Assembly: GCF_006345805.1 (NCBI RefSeq)
Contig: NW_021835374.1
Coordinates: 1 to 56,030 of the forward strand
Length of the DNA stretch: 56,030 nucleotides
From: Octopus sinensis
Lineage: Eukaryota
Direction: 5' to 3'
Positions 1 through 12,559 of the stretch are shown one piece after another. The notes under the pieces are model-generated. The model saw only the letters and a list, made by a program, of their open reading frames with translations, did no database searches and had not been told where the DNA came from. The position numbers and the translations under genes are program-made. How positions within the stretch are numbered: the first letter of the stretch is position 1; the number at the start of each line of letters is the position of its first letter.

Positions 1-294
1 GGCTCAGTGGATACCGATGATGTTGACTTGTTCTCTTCGGATTATGGCTGCTGTTGCTTAGTGAGTGGGATTGATTCAGTGCACAGCCTTTCCTCACTTT
101 AAAAAAATCTTCTTGCACAGACATTGCACGATAACAACATCGTTCATGATTGTTGATAGTGCTGTGAGTCTCAACTGAATGGCTGGCTGTAGCCTTAAAA
201 AGCAAATAAAAGTCACATTCGATCACAGCACCAATAACAGTTAAGCTTCGTGCAATGGCCATACTCGATAACAAGGGGGCAGCCATCATGTATG

Positions 295-328
<34 letters not shown>

Positions 329-980
329 TGTATGTATGTATGTATGTATGTATGTATGTATGTATGTATGTGTGCTTGCTTAGAATTTTATTTAAGTTCT
401 TCTTAAGAGACTTGAAGCCGGTCGCTAACAAAGTGACTAGAAGTCTTGAGTTTAAAGGCCTCCCGGTGTTTTAAATCTGTGGTTGAGTTGGTGTGTTAGT
501 GGAGCTGTCGAAGCATAGACCCAAGTGTGTGCATCTGTTCTCCTAAATCAGCTCAGATGGAGAATTTTTGGAATATCTTACATAGCATCACCGTGCTGCT
601 AACAGATTGGATTTGGAGAATCCGCGTGAGTTTCTTTTGCTCTTTCTTGGGAAAACTTAGTATTTCTAGGTATTTTGGTTAAATTCCTAGGTTCACAACC
701 TAATGCACCCCTGAAAATTTATAGTAAGTGTACATGTTTTATTTTAAACGGATTTGATTGTACATTCATATCATGTATGTATATGCATGTATGTGTATAT
801 ATATATATGTGCGTGCGTGTGTGTGTGTGTGTGCGTGCGTATGCATGTATGCATGTATGTATGCATTACATGCATGTGTGTATGTATGTATGTATGTATG
901 TGTGGGTTGCATAAATGCATACACATAGGCTTACATCTGTCTATCTACCTATCTATCTAAATGTTTATATATATATAATA

Positions 981-1149
981 GGCGCAGGAGAGGCTGTGTG
1001 ACGAGTAGCTTGCTTACCAATCACATGGTCCAGGTTCCGTCCCATTGCGTAGCACCTTGGGCTAGTGTCTTCTACTGTAAGCCTTGGGCCAACCAAAGGC
1101 TTGTGAGTGGATTCGGTAGACATTGACTGAAAGAAGCTCGTCGTATATA

Positions 1150-1187
<38 letters not shown>

Positions 1188-1440
1188 GTTTGTATGTGTG
1201 TGTGTGTCTGTGTCTGTGTTTGTGCGTGTGTCTGTGTGTTTCTATCTCTATGTTTGTCCCCAACCACCACTTGACAAACGATGATAGTGTTTACGTCCCC
1301 TTAACTTAGCAGTTCGGCAAAAGAGACCCATACAAGAAGTACGAGGCTTACAAAGAATATATCGTGGGGTCGATTTGTTCGACTAAAGTCAATGCTCCAG
1401 TATGGCCACAGTCAAACCACTGAAACAAACGAAAGAATAA
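981..1440 (+). mobile_element. tRNA-head, CORE-like SINE (family A), full-length with internal microsatellite
   Basis: Head ggcgcaggagaggctgtgtg..ggttccgtccc with A/B-box-like motifs, then gcaccttgggctagtgtcttctact (MIR/CORE-like 'accttgggcaagt'), an internal (TA)/(TG) tract, and a 3' half ending gctccagtatggccacagtc..gaaacaa. Matches more than 8 other copies in the window. Confidence 0.9.
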
Positions 1441-1473
1441 AATAATATATATATACACACATATTCATATTTG

Positions 1474-1511
<38 letters not shown>

Positions 1512-1825
1512 GCATAAACATGTACATATATATTAATATAATCATATATAAAGTGTGTGTATATATATATATATATAATATATATATTATATATATTATT
1601 ATATAATATATATATATATATACATACATACACACAGACAGACAGACAGACAATCTTAAAGATTTATTGGTTTCAAGTAAAATGCATACAAATACAAACA
1701 GTTAAACACACATACACACACTCATTCACATAAATGGTATGTAAATATCCGTGCTATTTCCTAATTAAAACGGACAGTGTACAAACCAATCGATTAAAAC
1801 CACACACTACACACACACGCGTGCG

Positions 1826-1888
<63 letters not shown>

Positions 1889-2102
1889 ATATAATATATA
1901 TATATATATCATCTATAGATTCATACATAATTTACGAAGTGTGTACGAACGCGTAAGTACGACACATACACAAATATGCAGGCGTTTATATGTCGATATT
2001 TTGAATGCTCAGAAATTTATAATTCGCATGCGTATCAATATGTACACAGAGGAGTTATTCAGTTCGCGCGAAATCGTTTCATTTTTCACTCGGTGCAATG
2101 TC

Positions 2103-2265
2103 AGGAGAGGCTGGGTGGTAAGTAGCTTGCTTACGAATCACATGGTTCCGGGTTCAGTCCCACTGCGTGGCACCTTGGGCACAAGTGTCTTCTACTATAG
2201 CCTTGGGCCGACCAAAGCCTTTGTGAGTGGATTTGGTAGACGGTAACTGAAAGAAGCCAGTCGTA

Positions 2266-2327
<62 letters not shown>

Positions 2328-2602
2328 TGTTATGTATGTATGTATGTGTGTATGTATGTGTGTGTATATGTTTGTGTGTCTGTGTTTGTCCCCCCAACAT
2401 CACTTGACAACCGATGGTGGTGTGTTTACGTCCCCGTAACTTAGCGGTTCGGCAGAAGAGACCGATAGAATAAGTACTAGGCTTCCAAAGAATAAGTCCT
2501 GGGGTCGATTTGCTCGACTAAAGACAGTGCTCCAGCATGGCCACAGTCAAATGACAGAAACAAGTAAAAGAGTAAAAGAGAGAGTAAAGGACTAAAAAGA
2601 GT
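2103..2602 (+). mobile_element. Family A SINE, full-length
   Basis: Same head, CORE-like segment, internal microsatellite, 3' half and (gtaaaaga)n tail as 981-1440. Confidence 0.92.
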
Positions 2603-2931
2603 ATATTCTAGGGCATAGAAGGAGAATTATTCCATTATGTTTTTATTGGGTAACAAGCAAGCAAATCTAAGTTCTCCTAAGTTTGAACAACACTTCATCT
2701 ACGTTAGCTCCACAGTCTATTTACTAATGACTAATGAGGCTATTTAAATGTACAGGTATATATTATTTATATGTATACGTATATGTATGGACGACGTGTT
2801 TGCATATTTCAATAGAGGCATGCTTACTGTTGTACTTGTGAGTATGAAGATAGAAGTAGAAGACTGGATTTCACACATAGAAGCGTAAATGTGAATGCTT
2901 GTGGTTGTGAAGAGATGCAGGAAAATTATCT

Positions 2932-3300
2932 AGGCATGGCTGTGTGGTAAAACGTTTGTTTCCCGACCACATGGTTCTGGGTTCACTTCTGCTATAGCCT
3001 CGAGTCGACAAAATCATTGTGGGTGGATTTGGTAGACGGAAACTGAAGGAAGTTCGTCGTATATACGTGTATGTGTGTGTATCTGCCTGTCTTTCTGAAT
3101 TGCCTCTCCATCATCACTTGACAAGTGATGTTGACGTATTTCGGTTCCCGTAATTTGGCGGTTCACCAAAAGAGACTGATAGAATAATTACTAGGCTTAA
3201 AAAATAAGTTCAGGGGTCGTTTTTGCTCGACTAAAATCTGCCATGGTGGTGCTCCAGCATGGACGCAGTCAAAAAACTGATGGAAGTAAAAGAATAAAAG
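2932..3300 (+). mobile_element. Family A SINE, diverged full-length copy
   Basis: ggcatggctgtgtggtaaaacg..ggatttggtagacggaaactgaagg..gtgctccagcatggacgcagtc; partial deletion in the CORE-like segment. Confidence 0.85.
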
Positions 3301-3355
3301 AAAAAAAAATATGTGTATATTATTTTACTATTTAATTGAACGCATCCATTTCCGA

Positions 3356-3428
<73 letters not shown>

Positions 3429-3502
3429 GTATCACAGAAAATTAAGATATGGAGAAATAGCACTTAGTAAAAATCTATTATCTTCAAAAAATCCAACATA
3501 TT

Positions 3503-3584
3503 CTCTTACAGCTGTTTCAATGAAACTTGAAGAATAAATTAGCAATTATTAAATCCTTATATTAGGCAAAATCTCATCAGAGGG
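3503..3584 (-). ncRNA. Predicted PLE-type hammerhead ribozyme: canonical core, long stem II insert, palindromic stem III
   Basis: Minus strand reads CCCU-CUGAUGA-[~55 nt]-GAAAC-AGCU-GUA-AGAG. Core is CUGAUGA/GAAA, the GUA site is at 3509-3507, stem III is the palindrome ACAGCUGU, and stem I CCCU/AGAG has one mismatch. Confidence 0.6.
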
Positions 3585-3685
3585 TTAGATTCAATACACA
3601 GCACTTTTGTACATCTGGTATAAGATTTTGCCTAATACAATGATTTAATAATTGCTATTTTAATCTTTAAGCTTAATTGAAACAG
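3512..3685. repeat. Imperfect inverted repeat (two opposed copies of an HHR-bearing PLE-like terminal segment)
   Basis: Arm 3512-3580 (ctgtttcaatg..aggcaaaatctcatcag) is approximately the reverse complement of 3614-3685 (tctggtataagattttgcc..ttaattgaaacag); spacer is ~33 nt. Confidence 0.85.
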
Positions 3686-4058
3686 ACACACAACCATATA
3701 CACACACACACATGTAGTTGGTACATGCAACCAAACCTGCGCTTAGGACCTTTTAAACGTATAAACATCAAAGGAGTAGGGTTCTATTTCATTTTAACGA
3801 GTTATAGACACTCCCATAGTTGCCATTAATCAAAGGACATACTAAGTATGTCAACCTGCTGGAAATAAGTCAAAGCTCTTATTTAAATCGCCGAAAAATA
3901 CTAATGATAACTACTGAAATCAACCGTCTGCGGGCACACGGGCTAAGACAATCTCTCAACGTACATTGATGTATTTGGACTCACGTGGACCGGTTTCTGG
4001 ACTGGCATTATAGCAAATATTTTGTCCTGAATTATTTGCTCCGTATTGAAATATATAT

Positions 4059-4146
<88 letters not shown>

Positions 4147-4147
4147 G

Positions 4148-4255
4148 AATCAAAATAAGCAACAAGGATATCCAGAAATAGTGCAGTACGATCGTTAAAA
4201 CGTTTTAACGATCGTACTGCTTTACCTCTGGATATCCTTGTTGTTTATTTTGATT
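4148..4255. repeat. Fold-back palindrome, no spacer
   Basis: aatcaaaataagcaacaaggatatccaga..gcagtacgatcgttaaaac|gttttaacgatcgtactgc..tctggatatccttgttgtttattttgatt; axis at 4201/4202. Confidence 0.92.
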
Positions 4256-4461
4256 TTAATCACCTTATTTCGAAATTGTATGGATAATACCGTGCTAAAT
4301 TCTGGTGCCTCAACCTAAGTAACATATTCATATGAATCTCTCTCTATATATATATATAAATGTATATATATAAATATGTGTGTGTGTGTGTGTGTGTGTG
4401 TGTATAAGATAAACTTACTTGGAAATGGATGCGTGCCATTCAATCATATAATATATATTAC

Positions 4462-4526
<65 letters not shown>

Positions 4527-5402
4527 ATATATATATACATATTTATGTATGCATATATGCATATTTATATCTATAGTATATTATATATATATATCTCCAA
4601 AGATATATAATATATATAAATATATTACACTATATTATATTAAATTATATTATATTATATTATATTATATTATATATATTATATACACTGCTGAAAATTT
4701 TCATGGCTGCGATATCTTAAAATTCAACGAGACTCAGACAATGATTGTTACGGTAGCGGTAAAAGCAACCACATCGCCAACAACAGCAACAATAATCGAC
4801 CTCTTATATGGTTTCGTCTGTCCAAGGTAGAAACATCCAACGTGTAATCAAACTTGAAACGTTTCAATCTTTACAAATCACAAATGAAACTTTTAACAAC
4901 GTGGTACTTCATTACCTGATGTCATCACAGCGACAGCAGCAGCAACAACAACAACAACAACAACAACAACGGCAACAAGGTGGGGTGTCTATAACTCGTC
5001 AAAGTGAAAGAGAAACCTACTCCTTTGTTAAGACTGTTACCAGCCTAAAGGGACACCTGAGCCTTTCTAGTGAGGGTCTGTAAAGAGGTTGACAGTGAGG
5101 GAGAGATTTGGGGAAAACAAATGGGTTTAAACTGGATTTAAGAAGGTCAAATGTGGGATAGTCGAAATTAATATTAGGGGCGGGGGCGGCTTTATGACGT
5201 AGGTTCTCGTTTTGTTTTGTTTTTATTTTCTACGTTTGACAGGTCCTTAGCAAGTGTTGAGACGTTGACGTGTTGATAGACATGAAAGGGTTTAGGGGAT
5301 TCCAGTATTATCGTATTTATTCGCGGGTGACATTTCCATTGAAATGTTACGCTTTTAAAGGTGAAGAAGGTTGAGTAGAGCCTGTTTGAGCGTGTGTGTG
5401 TG

Positions 5403-5438
<36 letters not shown>

Positions 5439-5694
5439 GTGTATGTGTGTGAATGTGTGTCTATGTGTATGGGTGTGTGTTTGCGTGTGTGGTCGTGTGT
5501 GCGTGTATGTGTACATGTGTGTGTATGCGTTTGTATATGCGTGTGTGTGAGAGAAAGATGTGTATTTGAATGTACTTGCGTGTTGTGGAGTGTGTGGATG
5601 GAGATATGTATGGGAAGGGAGAACACTAGCGAGTATATGTGTGTGGCGTGTAAACGCTTCACCAGCGTGTGTGTGTGCGTGTATGCGTTTGTCT

Positions 5695-5743
<49 letters not shown>

Positions 5744-6111
5744 AAATGTTTGAGCTATGTGTCTGAGTATCTGTGGGCAGAACTCCAGCGCATGTGTAGA
5801 AGTCTGACTCGTGTGTTTATGTGTGTGTGTGTGTGTGTGTGCGTGTGTGTATGTGTGTGGATTGTTATAGTGTGCAGATCTAAAAAACCTTGATACAACC
5901 CCTAAATGTCCATCCAGATCCTTTTGGGCCACTCACTAGCAGGCGTCTTTCTTTTGCTAACATAGCATACACAACACCAAATGCGTTGCGTTGCAATTGT
6001 AACCACAGCAACCACGGAGAAACTAGTTCGTTTCAGCTACTTCGAGGGGATTTAATGCTTGCTGTATCAGCTACGGACATTCTGACTCTTAACCCATAAT
6101 TTGCATACAAG

Positions 6112-6150
<39 letters not shown>

Positions 6151-6635
6151 CTTTATTCACACAATTGCGCACATACGTTTACAGACACAGTGATAATTCG
6201 CAACGATAAGCAAATACGAAAGATCGAGAAACGGAGCAAATATTGCATAGATAACTAAGGCTTGACCTAGCTCAATTTTGAAGAGATAATATTTAGCTAA
6301 ATACATTAACTTTGTAGGAATTAAGGATTATCTCTTACTAACCCGGAAGATTAAAGACATCAAAAGGTCTCGTTGCTACTGAAATTTTATATCTTAGCAT
6401 TTTTAACCAGAGCCGCGGTTTCTAATCTTAGGATTATTATTGGTAAGAGGCAGTGGAAGGGCCATTTTGACGGGGAGGGAAGGGTTCTAATTGCTATGTA
6501 AAGAAGAATAACAGGAAAGGGTCCTCCACACACTATGCATATATATATATATATAAATATATAATATATTATATATATATATATATATTATATGTGTGTG
6601 TGTGTGTGTGTGGGTGTGTGTGTGTGTGTGTATGT

Positions 6636-6920
6636 GGAGGCGCTATGGCCCAGTAGTTAGGGCAACGACTCGCGTTGTAGGATCGCGGTTTCGATTCCCA
6701 GACCGGCGTTGTGAGTGTTTATTGAGCGAAAACATAAGCTCCACAAGGCTCCGGCAGGGGGTGGCGGCGGGTCCTGCTGTATCTTTCGCCACAACTTTCT
6801 CTCACTCTTTCTTCTGTTGGCCTGCTCGCTTAGCCAGCGGGGTGACGTCATTGAAGGCTAAAACAATGCGAAGCGCACTGTGTCCAGCGATGTGTAGCAA
6901 CATCTGATAGCCTGGTCGAT
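6636..6920 (+). mobile_element. tRNA-head SINE (family D)
   Basis: ggaggcgctatggcccagtagttagggc..ggtttcgattcccagacc (A/B boxes) followed by gagcgaaaacataagctccac..ctttcgccacaactttctctcactc; homologous to minus-strand copies near 34860-35062 and 43310-43490. Confidence 0.85.
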
Positions 6921-7290
6921 ATGGCGAGAGATTACTGTACTGTCTTTTTAGGTGTATCTAGGTCTCCTCCATTTAATGCGTCCTTCCCATTTATATACAC
7001 GCTGGTTCTGTTTAGAGTGAAATTTGGCACTTATTTCTAATCTATCAAGCACTGGTAGTGCTATCTTCCAAGAGTATGTGTTTGAAGGTTTTACTTGTAG
7101 AAGTAATATTTCACCTAGTTTAATGCCTTCTGATCGTTAGGTGCCTTCAGCAGAGTTTACTCTGGCCATGTCTCTGGTATGAAGACGGTCTCCTGTCTTC
7201 TTGTCACAAAAGCCATTAAATAAAAAGTTGAGTCATAGCCGCTGGTATTCACTCCCCGAGTAATTTATAACTCCAGCCTTGTCACATAAA

Positions 7291-8518
7291 TGAGGGTGGG
7301 CTGAAATGTTGATAGGCTGACTATGAAAGATTAATGCTAAAGCTGTGAAACTTTGCATACATTAATTTCAACCCGTATTATTATTAACTGCATTATTTTC
7401 TGCCAGACTAACTGACATCTGACAGTTCAAGGATTTCAGAAGTAACTAGCAGTGACTTCTCTTGAAATTGAGCGTAATTTGGTGCCATGGGATTACCAAG
7501 TACCTGCAGAAAAAGGGTTTAGACTCCAAGGAAATTCATGCTGACGTCGTTGTTACATTAGGGGATGACGCTTTGGTTTTATCACCAGTGCAAACGTGGG
7601 CAGTTGAATTCAGAAAGAGAAGGGAGAAACTTGAAGACGACTCCGAGTTCTAGATGTCCTGCAACAGCCACCACTGTGGAAAACATTGATCGTGTTCACC
7701 ACATAGTGATGGATGACAGGTGACTGACTCTAAAACAAATGGTCAATGCTCTTAGCATATCATGTCAGAGAGTTGAGAATATTCTGAACAACGAACTTGG
7801 CATAACGATGGGTGCCACGCCTTCTGACAACTGATCAAAAGAGCATCAGGCTTATCATATCACGGGCAAATCTGACGATGTTTAAGGCAGATCCAGCTGG
7901 CTTCCTTGAACGTTTCCTAAGCCAGGGTGAATGTTAGCTTTATCTCATTGAACCAGAGACAAAGAGGCAATCAATACAGTGCAAACACCCATTCTCACCT
8001 ACTCCAAAGTAGGCCAACGGCATTTAATCTACAGGGAAAGTGATGGTCTCAGTTTACTGGGATGCAAAAAAAGCATTGTGTTTAATGGATTGTTTCAAAA
8101 GGGCCACACTATCAATGGAAAGTACTAAGCCAAGTTACTCAGGTAGTTACGAAAGGCTACCAAGGCCAAACGACCAGGATAATTGACAAAGGAGGCCTTC
8201 TTTCATCAGGACAATGCTCCAATGTAATTGTGGCTTTGAACAGGTTGATCAACATCCCTATTCTACTGATTTGTTCCCCAACCTTGAAAAACACTTGCCA
8301 AGGGACCAAAATTGCAGTGATGATGAAGTCATATCTGCTGTTGATGGCTTTTTCGACCAACAGGATGAAAGGTTCTTCATCAATGGGATCCAGGTACTTA
8401 AACACCGCTGGAAGAAATGTGCAGACCGCAAAAGGACCCATGATAAAAATAAAACCTCATTTGGTCATATTCCATGAGAGTATTTTGGTCAGGCTATGAA
8501 ATTTTCTGCCGACCCTCG
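7291..8518 (+). mobile_element. Near full-length decayed mariner (DD34D type, irritans/Himar-like) DNA transposon
   Basis: ~31-bp imperfect TIRs: tgagggtgggctgaaatgttgataggctgac and gtcaggctatgaaattttctgccgaccctcg, followed by TA at 8519-8520. Transposase remnants include KYLQKKGL..KEIHAD, WAVEFR, WVPRLL, QDNAP, HPYSTDL and RWKKC, with many stops and frameshifts. Confidence 0.93.
7462..8450 (+). pseudogene. Mariner transposase pseudogene
   Basis: Pieces in ORFs 7462-7653 and 8214-8477 plus intervening frames. The first catalytic Asp motif reads QGE, and the APSD segment carrying the third Asp is deleted. Confidence 0.9.
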
Positions 8519-8714
8519 TACGTTAGCTGTTTCTGCCTAAGAAATCACGTTATGCGTCCACTTATCTTTGGGATACTCAACGATTTTACACCCTTATTCA
8601 ACGAGAAACCTGCCTGGATGAAGGACGAAATAGATGATAACATATCGAAATGAACAGAAGTGTCCACCATCTAAGATCACATTACCCAACCAGTGAAGTA
8701 GTGAGAGTAGTAGT

Positions 8715-9080
8715 TATTGATATTTGCCAATAAAAAATGCAATGTCCGAGGAAGACGCTTCTGCAATTTCTTGCTGGGCAGACGATTTGTTTACAAGGAT
8801 CAAAAGTATGCGCTGTACAGTCATACCCTTCCTCTTTCAAATCAAAGTTGTCTGTACAAATGCACAGTGTACCACGAATCAGATGTCATTTTGTGTCTTC
8901 AGAAGTGTGTAATTGGTGATGGTGGAGCGCTTTGGAGCACACTCCGAAGATTTTGCAGCAAGTACTGACTTCCAGCCGTACAGGTATAGGAACAGTTGTA
9001 ATCACCCTCACGTGTCATTTTAAGCCGTTGTGATTCACCGACAAGGAATCGATGACCGATCCTAGTGTATGTATATTCTC
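8715..9080 (-). mobile_element. Possible highly decayed RTE-type LINE RT C-terminal fragment
   Basis: Minus-strand frames give LYG, LHHHQL..LLK and ARNCRSVFLGHC in the order expected for RTE LLYGxExW / FHxRxLRxxL / RRLxFxGHC; needs several frameshifts. Confidence 0.35.
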
Positions 9081-9373
9081 TGAGGAATTTGATTCGTGTT
9101 CCACTTCAGCTCTCTCTCCTTTGATGATTCGCTAAGTTAGAGGCACATACACACACCAACACCGGTTGTCAAGACATAGTGGGGCGGGGGGAGAACAACG
9201 ACAGATACAAACACACATACACATATTTATTTGTTTATATAAAAAGGTCCAACTTACACAGAGTACAAAGACACTGAAAATTAAAGGGGTGGAAAGGTAT
9301 TGGATCCTTTTTAAGTATACATACATACATACATACATACGTACTACATACATACATACATACACACACACAG

Positions 9374-9412
<39 letters not shown>

Positions 9413-10403
9413 CGTATATTTTTAGAAACTGGTTCTTTCTCTAGTGGCAAGAAATCTTGAAATATAACTGAATAATGACATACGTACGTACATACATATA
9501 TACATACATACATACATACATACATACATACATACATAATACATACATACATACATACATACATACATACATACGTACGTACAAATGTATACATAGCATA
9601 CATAATGCTTTGTTTACAAGTTGGGTGGAATCTGTAACGCTGAATGCTTTACAATATAACTTTCTTTATACTGAGATCAAATCATTTGGAAGTCGACTTC
9701 AGATTTACTTTATTCCATGGTTAACAAAATAATTGTATGTAATGCACCGATATGGAAACAAATTTCGTGCGTGCTCCCAACACTTTCTAAGTGTTGATGT
9801 AGGGCCATTATTGTACAAATATGATGACGTAGGTCAAGCTGGCGACTGACGTCTTTGATTAGCTGAAATGGTGACTCCCAAAGGGATTCAAAGGTCCATA
9901 ATTATTAGATAGAACTAGAGTGAAAGAAAATACACATATATGCGTGTTTGAGTGTGTGAGATGGTGGGTGGGTGGGTGGGCTTTGTTTAGAAAATTTATT
10001 ATTTTAGCAAAGAAATTTAGCAGCTAATTCATAGCCTGTGTGTGGCGGTAGGGGTTTGAATAAGCCATGACCGACTCACGAAACTTCGAAATCACTGTCA
10101 ATAAAATTCTAATAAATAACTATTTGGCACAACGCATCTACTGCGTCCTTCAGACAATGAGTGAACATAAAAACACAATTTTAGTTATGTATGTATACAC
10201 ACATACACGCATCCATTCACAAACATACACACACACACGCGCACACACTCTCACACACACTCATAAATACACATATCTATACACATTTATATACCTATAT
10301 GTACAAGTGTATGTATGTATCTATGCATGTATATATATATATATATGTGTGTATGTGTGTGTGTGCGTGTCCGTGTATATATATATATGTATGTGTATGT
10401 ATG

Positions 10404-10436
<33 letters not shown>

Positions 10437-10470
10437 GTATGTATGTATGTATATGTTTGTATGTGTATGC

Positions 10471-10502
<32 letters not shown>

Positions 10503-10671
10503 CATACATTTATACATATACGTATACGTATATATGCATGTATATATATATAATATGCATATATATATATATACATACATATATATATATTTACATACAT
10601 ATATACATATAAGTATATGTGTGTATATGCATATAGGGATATATGTGTATATATGCATATATATACACGTA

Positions 10672-10721
<50 letters not shown>

Positions 10722-11523
10722 CTCTCTCTCGCATATATATATATATATATGTATATATGCATGTATATATGTAACTATATATGTATGTACGTATGCATGC
10801 ATGCATGTATGTATATGTGTATCTACGTACTTATGTATATATATGTAGATCGAGAGAGAAATACTGGAAAGATAGAGAAGAGAACGAAAGACTAAGAATA
10901 TACCATCCATGAGTTAGCTCACCCTTAAAAATGATAAGAGTCTGATCATTAATTCTATACACATTGATATATGACAAGCATTCAAGATGGTTGTGATTTT
11001 CGGGGATGGCTGTAGTGTTATAATTGGCGGTGAAACTATAGAAACAGGAATGATCTGTGCAGCTGGCTGATAAAATTAAATTAAATGAACAAGGTGAGAA
11101 AAACACCCTTAGAATTGCCGCCATTTTACTAGCAACCGTAGGATGCTGAATGTAACCTCATAAATTTATCTGAATTAATTCGACAGTTTAATGCCCATAC
11201 AGACAAAAGAGAAATCCTAACAGAATTATGACCTTTATTGTGCAGATGATGCGGGTCTATAAATATGTGTGCTTTACACTTTCCTTGTCTTTTGATACTA
11301 TTAATTAATGCTGTTCCGAGACCATTAAAACAACGGTGGACGGTGTGTTCCATAATGCAGTAGGTTACTGGGTCACTTCGAAAAGCATCTCCTTCAAGCT
11401 ATGCATCTGGAGTGAGTCAGGATATCTACGGCGAACCAAAGCTTCGTAGATAATTCCCTGGCAGAATAATGAGCTCATAACAGAATACAATGAGAAAAAA
11501 CAAGGAAAAAGCTTACACCAGTT

Positions 11524-11680
11524 AGGAGTGGCTGTGTGGTAAGTAGCGTGTTTACCGGCCACATGGTTCCGAGTTCAGTCCCACTGCGTAGCACCTTGGG
11601 CAAGTGTCTTCTACTAAAGCTTCGGGCCGACCAAAGCCTTGTGAGTGGATTTGGTAGACGGAAACCGAAAGAAGCCCGTC

Positions 11681-11715
<35 letters not shown>

Positions 11716-11960
11716 TGTATGTATGTATGCATCCATGCATGTATGTATGTGTTTGTGTACCTGTGTTTGACCCCCTCCAACATCGCTTTACAACCGATGC
11801 TGGTGTGTATACGTCCCCGTCAGTTAGCGGTTCGGCGAAGAAAACCGACATAATAATTACTAGGCTTGCAAAGAATAAGTCCTGGGGTCGATTTCTTCGA
11901 CTAAATGCGGTGCTCCAGCATAGCCGCAGTCAAATGACTGAAACAAGCGAGTAAAAGAGT
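11524..11960 (+). mobile_element. Family A SINE, full-length
   Basis: aggagtggctgtgtggtaagtagc..gagttcagtccc..accttgggcaagtgtcttctact..(ATGT)n..gcggtgctccagcatagccgcagtcaaatgactgaaacaag. Confidence 0.92.
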
Positions 11961-12074
11961 AAATGAGTTCGTTCACATCTATAAACTTCGCCTAACCTAA
12001 CTTAACAACTAAGGAAATGTGTCGTTATTGAGCCAAGTAGTCTCTATATAGCGTGGAAAAGCTATATATAATAG

Positions 12075-12105
<31 letters not shown>

Positions 12106-12205
12106 ATAATAATTAATAAGGGTAGTAGAAATTGATATTTATCAATTAAAACCAGTGGTCTAGCATATTAAAAAAGAATCCGAAGATTAAAATATTATAT
12201 ATACC

Positions 12206-12468
12206 AATTAAGGACTGAACAAAAAGTGGACAGTCAACATGCTAGATATAGACGTCAAATCGCCATTCTCCACAAAGATTATGTTCTCAAATCAAACTCA
12301 GCACAAAACCAAAGCAATAAACAAGTGAAAATATACGTATATTTTTATTGCTTATTGCTTTGGTTTTGCGCTGAGTTTGATTTGAGAACATAATCTTTGT
12401 GGAGAATGGCGATTTGACGTCTATATCTAGCATGTTGACCGTCCACTTTTCGTGTTCAGTCCTTAATT
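12206..12468. repeat. ~260-bp fold-back palindrome of a dispersed repeat (likely PLE terminal segment)
   Basis: aattaaggactgaac..aaagcaataa..aaaatatac|gtatatttt..ttattgcttt..gttcagtccttaatt; axis at 12336/12337. The left arm extends to ~12110 and is homologous to ~17825-17905 and ~18500-18690. Confidence 0.92.
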
Positions 12469-12559
12469 AGTATATATATATATACATATTTCCTTCTTTA
12501 TTACAGGAGATTAGTTAAAGAAAACAGACGATAATAAATGAATCATTTCCAAGCGCTTT

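Noticed and set aside
981-1060. tRNA genes at SINE heads (also 6636, 33540-33621, 41224)
   Set aside because: A/B boxes are present but there is no complete cloverleaf, and each continues into a SINE body.
1141-1190. Recurrent single-base TT/AA interruptions in (TA)n tracts across the window
   Set aside because: Most simply long-read indel errors or slippage. This is also a caution that some single-base frameshifts here may be artefacts.
5190-5390. CR1-like LINE 3' end on the minus strand (similar hint at 60-200)
   Set aside because: Only a vague match to FF..R.V..WN.LP; too weak to call.
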